Source of the DNA: Eledone cirrhosa | Taxonomy: Eukaryota | Direction: 5' to 3' | NCBI GenBank assembly: GCA_964016885.1 | Contig: OZ024759.1 | Span: 24,056,001-24,120,000, forward strand | DNA: 64,000 nt | Shown here: positions 57,101 to 64,000 of the stretch, piece by piece | Layout of the letters: the number at the start of each line of letters is the position of its first letter | Position numbering within the stretch: the first letter of the stretch is position 1 | Notes under the pieces: model-generated | Databases searched by the model: none | What the model was told of the DNA's origin: nothing | Seen by the model: only the letters and a program-made list of their open reading frames with translations | Translations under genes and position numbers: made by a program

Positions 57101-57559
57101 CCAAGTCATGTGCTTTCACACTTTGAGCCCAGTTTACTTCGATATATCTCTATATATCTCTATATATCTCTATTTTCCTTTTAACGGAAAACACCATGCT
57201 GTCTGGCTATCTCTCTCCCAATCTACCTCATACTCTCTACCTCTTTTTGAGTAACCCTTGCTTGTCTTTCAAGCAAGTTGGTCTTTACTCCTATGGACGT
57301 ATAAACCTTTACACTATCTAATAACCACTCCTATATTCGTCTTTCCAAGTCATGTGCTTTCACACTTTGAGCCCAGTTTACTTCGATATATCTCTATATA
57401 TCTCTATTTTCCTTTTAACGGAAAACACCATGCTGTCTGGCTATCTCTCTCCCAATCTACCTCATACTCTCTACCTCTTTTTGAGTAATCCCTTGCTTGT
57501 CTTTCAAGCAAGTTGGTCTTTACTCCTATGGACGAATAAACCTTTACACTATCTCATAA

Positions 57560-60360
57560 CCATTCCTATATTCGTCTTTCCAAGTCATGTGCTTTCACAC
57601 TTTGAGCCCAGTTTACTTCGATATATCTCTATATATCTCTATCTTCCTTTTAACGGAAAACACCATGCTGTCTGGCTATCTCTCTCCCAATCTACCTCAT
57701 ACTCTCTAGCACTTTTTTAGTAATCCCTTGCTTGTCTTTCAAGCAAGTTGGTCTTTACTCCTATGGACGTATAAACCTTTACACTATCTCATAACAATTC
57801 CTATATTCGTCTTTGCAAGTCATGTGCATTAACACTTTGAGCCCAGTTTACTTCGATATATCTCTATATATCTCTATTTTCTTTTAACGGAAAACACCAT
57901 GCTGTCTGGCTATCTCTCTCCCAATCTACCTCATACTCTCTACCTCTTTTTGAGTAATCCCTTGCTTGTCTTTCAAGCAAGTTGGTCTTTACTCCTATGG
58001 ACGTATAAACCTTTACACTATCTCATAACTATTCCTATATTCGTCTTTCCAAGTCATGTGCTTTCACACTTTGAGCCCAGTTTACTTCGATATATCTCTA
58101 TATATCTCTATTTTCCTTTTAACGGAAAACACCATGCTGTCTGGCTATCTCTCTCCCAATCTACCTCATACTCTCTACCTCTTTTTGAGTAATCCCTTGC
58201 TTGTCTTTCAAGCAAGTTGGTCTTTACTCCTGTGGACGTATAAACCTTTACACTATCCCATAACCATTCCTATATTCGTCTTTCCAAGTCATGTGCTTTC
58301 ACACTTTGAGCCCAGTTTACTTCGATATATCTCTATATATCTCTATTTTCCTTTTAACGGAAAACACCATGCTGTCTGGCTATCTCTCTCCCAATCTACC
58401 TCATACTCTCTACCTCTTTTTGAGTAATCCCTTGCTTGTCTTTCAAGCAAGTTGGTCTTTGCTCCTATGGACGTATAAACCTTTACACTATCTCATAACC
58501 ATTCCTATATTCGTCTTTCCAAAACATGTGCTTTAACACTTTGAGCCCAGTTTACTTCGATATATCCCTATATATCTCTATTTTCCTTTTAACGGAAAAC
58601 ACCATGCTGTCTGGCTCACTCTCTCCCTTATCTACCTAATGCGATCTACCTCTTTTTGAGTAATCCCTTGCTTGTCTTTCAAGCAAGTTGGTCTTTACTC
58701 CTATGGACGTATAAACTTTTACACTATCTCATAACCATTCCTATATTCGTCTTTCCAAGTCATGTGCTTTCACACTTTGAGCCCAGTTTACTTCGATATA
58801 TCCCTATATATCTCTATATTCCTTTTAACGGAAAACACCATGCTGTCTGGCTCTCTCTCTCCCTTATCTACCTCATGCGATCTACCTCTTTTTGAGTAAT
58901 TCCTTGCTTGTCTTTCAAGCAAGTTGGTCATTACTCCTATGGACGTATAAACCTTTACGCTATCTCATAACCACTCCTATATTCGTATTTCCAAGTCATG
59001 TGCTTTAACACTTTGAGCCCAGTTTACTTCGATATATCCCTATATATCTCTATTTTCCTTTTAACGGAAAACACCTTGCTGTCTGGCTATCTCTCTCCCA
59101 ATCTATCTCATACTCTCTACCTCTTTTTGAGTAATCCCTTGCTTGTCTTTCAAGCAAGTTGGTCTTTACTCCTATGGACGTATAAACCTTTACACTATCT
59201 CATAACCATTCCTATATTCGTCTTTCCAAGTCATGTGCTTTCACACTTTGAGCCCAGTTTACTTCGATATATCTCTATATATCTCTATCTTCCTTTTAAC
59301 GGAAAACACCATGCTGTCTGGCTATCTCTCTCCCAATCTACCTCATACTCTCTAGCACTTTTTTAGTAATCCCTTGCTTGTCTTTCAAGCAAGTTGGTCT
59401 TTACTCCTATGGACGTATAAACCTTTACACTATCTCATAACAATTCCTATATTCGTCTTTGCAAGTCATGTGCATTAACACTTTGAGCCCAGTTTACTTC
59501 GATATATCTCTATATATCTCTATTTTCTTTTAACGGAAAACACCATGCTGTCTGGCTATCTCTCTCCCAATCTAACTCATACTCTCTACCTCTTTTTGAG
59601 TAATCCCTTGCTTGTCTTTCAAGCAAGTTGGTCTTTACTCCTATGGACGTATAAACCTTTACACTATCTCATAACTATTCCTATATTCGTCTTTCCAAGT
59701 CATGTGCTTTCACACTTTGAGCCCAGTTTACTTCGATATATCTCTATATATCTCTATTTTCCTTTTAACGGAAAACACCATGCTGTCTGGCTATCTCTCT
59801 CCCAATCTACCTCATACTCTCTACCTCTTTTTGAGTAATCCCTTGCTTGTCTTTCAAGCAAGTTGGTCTTTACTCCTGTGGACGTATAAACCTTTACACT
59901 ATCCCATAACCATTCCTATATTCGTCTTTCCAAGTCATGTGCTTTCACACTTTGAGCCCAGTTTACTTCGATATATCTCTATATATCTCTATTTTCCTTT
60001 TAACGGAAAACACCATGCTGTCTGGCTATCTCTCTCCCAATCTACCTCATACTCTCTACCTCTTTTTGAGTAATCCCTTGCTTGTCTTTCAAGCAAGTTG
60101 GTCTTTGCTCCTATGGACGTATAAACCTTTACACTATCTCATAACCATTCCTATATTCGTCTTTCCAAAACATGTGCTTTAACACTTTGAGCCCAGTTTA
60201 CTTCGATATATCCCTATATATCTCTATTTTCCTTTTAACGGAAAACACCATGCTGTCTGGCTCACTCTCTCCCTTATCTACCTAATGCGATCTACCTCTT
60301 TTTGAGTAATCCCTTGCTTGTCTTTCAAGCAAGTTGGTCTTTACTCCTATGGACGTATAA
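57560..60360 (+). repeat. ~5-monomer block repeated at offset 1646 bp (7 monomers)
   Basis: ORF pairs 57899/59545, 58056/59702, 58291/59937. Shared CCTGTGGAC, CTATCCCATA, CCTAATGCGA and a 1-bp deletion in TTTCTTTTAAC. Confidence 0.87.
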
Positions 60361-63300
60361 ACCTTTACACTATCTAATAACCACTCCTATATTCGTCTTT
60401 CCAAGTCATGTGCTTTCACACTTTGAGCCCAGTTTACTTCGATATATCTCTATATATCTCTATTTTCCTTTTAACGGAAAACACCATGCTGTCTGGCTAT
60501 CTCTCTCCCAATCTACCTCATACTCTCTACCTCTTTTTGAGTAATCCCTTGCTTGTCTTTCAAGCAAGTTGGTCTTTACTCCTATGGACGAATAAACCTT
60601 TACACTATCTCATAACCATTCCTATATTCGTCTTTCCAAAACATGTGCTTTAACACTTTGAGCCCAGTTTACTTCGATATATCCCTATATATCTCTATTT
60701 TCCTTTTAACGGAAAACACCATGCTGTCTGGCTCTCTCTCTCCCTTATCTACCTCATGCGATCTACCTCTTTTTGAGTAATCCCTTGCTTGTCTTTCAAG
60801 CAAGTTGGTCTTTACTCCCATGGACGTATAAACCTTTACACTATCTCATAACCATTCCCATATTCGTCTTTCCAATTCATGTGCTTTAACACTTTGAGCC
60901 CGGTTTACTTCGATATATCTCTATATATCTCTATTTTCCTTTTAACGGAAAACACCATGCTGTTTGGCTATCTCTCTCCCAATCTACCTCATACTCTCTA
61001 CCTCTTTTTGAGTAATCCCTTGCTTGTCTTTCAAGCAAGTTGGTCTTTGCTCCTATGGACGTATAAACCTTTACACTATCTCATAACCATTCCTATATTC
61101 GTCTTTCCAAAACATGTGCTTTAACACTTTGAGCCCAGTTTACTTCGATATATCCCTATATATCTCTATTTTCCTTTTAACGGAAAACACCATGCTGTCT
61201 GGCTCACTCTCTCCCTTATCTACCTCATGCGATCTACCTCTTTTTGAGTAATCCCTTGCTTGTCTTTCAAGCAAGTTGGTCTTTACTCCTATGGACGTAT
61301 AAACCTTTACACTATCTAATAACCACTCCTATATTCGTCTTTCCAAGTCATGTGCTTTCACACTTTGAGCCCAGTTTACTTCGATATATCTCTATATATC
61401 TCTATTTTCCTTTTAACGGAAAACACCATGCTGTCTGGCTATCTCTCTCCCAATCTACCTCATACTCTCTACCTCTTTTTGAGTAATCCCCTGCTTGTCT
61501 TTCAAGCAAGTTGGTCTTTGCTCCTATGGACGTATAAACCTTTACACTATCTCATAACCATTCCTATATTCGTCTTTCCAAAACATGTGCTTTAACACTT
61601 TGAGCTCAGTTTACTTCGATATATCCCTATATATCTCTATTTTCCTTTTAACGGAAAACACCATGCTGTCTGGCTCACTCTCTCCCTTATCTACCTCATG
61701 CGATCTACCTCTTTTTGAGTAATCCCTTGCTTGTCTTTCAAGCAAGTTGGTCTTTACTCCTATGGACGTATAAACCTTTACACTATCTAATAACCACTCC
61801 TATATTCGTCTTTCCAAGTCATGTGCTTTCACACTTTGAGCCCAGTTTACTTCGATATATCTCTATATATCTCTATTTTCCTTTTAACGGAAAACACCAT
61901 GCTGTCTGGCTATCTCTCTCCCAATCTACCTCATACTCTCTACCTCTTTTTGAGTAATCCCTTGCTTGTCTTTCAAGCAAGTTGGTCTTTGCTCCTATGG
62001 ACGTATAAACCTTTACACTATCTCATAACCATTCCTATATTCGTCTTTCCAAAACATGTGCTTTAACACTTTGAGCCCAGTTTACTTCGATATATCCCTA
62101 TATATCTCTATTTTCCTTTTAACGCAAAACACCATGCTGTCTGGCTCACTCTCTCCGTTATCTACCTAATGCGATCTACCTCTTTTTGAGTAATCCCTTG
62201 CTTGTCTTTCAAGCAAGTTGGTCTTTACTCCTATGGACGTATAAACCTTTACACTATCTAATATACACTCCTATATTCGTCTTTCCAAGTCATGTGCTTT
62301 CACACTTTGAGCCCAGTTTACTTCGATATACCTCTATATATCTCTATATATCTCTATTTTCCTTTTAACGGAAAACACCATGCTGTCTGGCTATCTCTCT
62401 CCCAATCTACCTCATACTCTCTACCTCTTTTTGAGTAACCCTTGCTTGTCTTTCAAGCAAGTTGGTCTTTACTCCTATGGACGTATAAACCTTTACACTA
62501 TCTAATAACCACTCCTATATTCGTCTTTCCAAGTCATGTGCTTTCACACTTTGAGCCCAGTTTACTTCGATATATCTCTATATATCTCTATTTTCCTTTT
62601 AAAGGAAAACACCATGCTGTCTGGCTATCTCTCTCCCAATCTACCTCATACTCTCTACCTCTTTTTGAGTAATCCCTTGCTTGTCTTTCAAGCAAGTTGG
62701 TCTTTACTCCTATGGACGAATAAACCTTTACACTATCTCATAACCATTCCTATATTCGTCTTTCCAAAACATGTGCTTTAACACTTTGAGCCCAGTTTAC
62801 TTCGATATATCCCTATATATCTCTATTTTCCTTTTAACGGAAAACACCATGCTGTCTGGCTCTCTCTCTCCCTTATCTACCTCATGCGATCTACCTCTTT
62901 TTGAGTAATCCCTTGCTTGTCTTTCAAGCAAGTTGGTCTTTACTCCCATGGACGTATAAACCTTTACACTATCTCATAACCATTCCCATATTCGTCTTTC
63001 CAATTCATGTGCTTTAACACTTTGAGCCCGGTTTACTTCGATATATCTCTATATATCTCTATTTTCCTTTTAACGGAAAACACCATGCTGTTTGGCTATC
63101 TCTCTCCCAATCTACCTCATACTCTCTACCTCTTTTTGAGTAATCCCTTGCTTGTCTTTCAAGCAAGTTGGTCTTTGCTCCTATGGACGTATAAACCTTT
63201 ACACTATCTCATAACCATTCCTATATTCGTCTTTCCAAAACATGTGCTTTAACACTTTGAGCCCAGTTTACTTCGATATATCGCTATATATCTCTATTTT

Positions 63301-63690
63301 CCTTTTAACGGAAAACACCATGCTGTCTGGCTCACTCTCTCCCTTATCTACCTCATGCGATCTACCTCTTTTTGAGTAATCCCTTGCTTGTCTTTCAAGC
63401 AAGTTGGTCTTTACTCCTATGGACGTATAAACCTTTACACTATCTAATAACCACTCCTATATTCGTCTTTCCAAGTCATGTGCTTTCACACTTTGAGCCC
63501 AGTTTACTTCGATATATCTCTATATATCTCTATTTTCCTTTTAACGGAAAACACCATGCTGTCTGGCTATCTCTCTCCCAATCTACCTCATACTCTCTAC
63601 CTCTTTTTGAGTAATCCCTTGCTTGTCTTTCAAGCAAGTTGGTCTTTGCTCCTATGGACGTATAAACCTTTACACTATCTCATAACCACT
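60310..63690 (+). repeat. Block repeated at offset 2128 bp (9 monomers) within an alternating A-B dimer (471 bp) region
   Basis: ORF pairs 60408/62536, 60879/63007, 61244/63372. B monomers every 471 bp at ~60260, 60730, 61201, 61672, 62143. Shared GACGAATAAA, CCAATTCATG, GCCCGG and CTGTTTGG variants. Confidence 0.86.
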
Positions 63691-64000
63691 CCTATATTCG
63701 TCTTTCCAAGTCATGTGCTTTAACACTTTGAGCCCAGTTTACTTCGATATATCCCTATATATCTCTATTTTCCTTTTAACGGAAAACACCATGCTGTCTG
63801 ACTCTCTCTCACCCAATCTACCTCATACTCTCTACCTCTTTTTGAGTAATCCCTTGCTTGTCTTTCAAGCAAGTTGGTCTTTACTCCTATGGACGAATAA
63901 ACCTTTACACTATCTCATAACCATTCCTATATTCGTCTTTCCAAGTCATGTGCTTTCACACTTTGAGCCCAGTTTACTTCGATATATCTCTATATATCTC

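Larger units (their letters stand above)
1..64000 (+). repeat. Tandem satellite DNA array, ~235-bp monomer, ~272 copies, head-to-tail, runs off both window ends (centromeric/pericentromeric-type; family not recognised)
   Basis: TGCTTT(A/C)ACACTTTGAGCCCAG recurs at 1, 236, 471 and onward to the end. ORF-track starts step by 235/236 bp. Copies differ by only a few substitutions or indels. No reverse-orientation copy or non-repeat sequence seen. Confidence 0.99.

Noticed and set aside
13-63723. Hundreds of 60-204 aa + strand ORFs (MCFHTLSPVYFDISL...)
   Set aside because: Each is a translation of the same 235-bp unit, which is not a multiple of 3, so frames overlap and shift every monomer. Stops and indels appear freely, no domain is recognisable, and the L/S/F/Y/P bias simply reflects the pyrimidine-rich strand.
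1-64000. CRISPR array or other repeat-spacer system (8-bp hairpin repeated at a fixed interval)
   Set aside because: The sequence between hairpins is as conserved as the hairpin itself. There are no unique spacers, no leader and no cas genes.

Overview
The whole 64-kb window is one uninterrupted head-to-tail tandem array of a ~235-bp satellite monomer (about 272 copies, all in one orientation). I saw no unique sequence, transposon insertion, inversion or credible gene; all listed ORFs are by-products of the repeat. Monomer 1 (1-235) is ~38% GC and strongly strand-skewed (my count: T89, C65, A56, G25). The organisation is typical of eukaryotic centromeric or pericentromeric satellite, but I do not recognise the family or species, and centromere function cannot be shown from sequence alone. 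The informative structure lies in the monomer variants: (i) a patchwork of local, mostly two-copy multi-monomer duplications with periods of 2, 4, 6, 7, 8, 9, 11, 12, 16 and 18 monomers rather than one fixed higher-order repeat; (ii) a layered layout in which a 236-bp 'B' monomer subtype occupies both ends of the window and is absent from the ~33-kb centre; (iii) a conserved three-monomer core running through the centre; (iv) reciprocal 10-bp slippage alleles; (v) dyad symmetries in each monomer; (vi) weak traces of an ancient ~115-bp dimer. I found no protein-coding or CRISPR-like system. Block boundaries were read by eye and from ORF-track offsets and are approximate to about one monomer.
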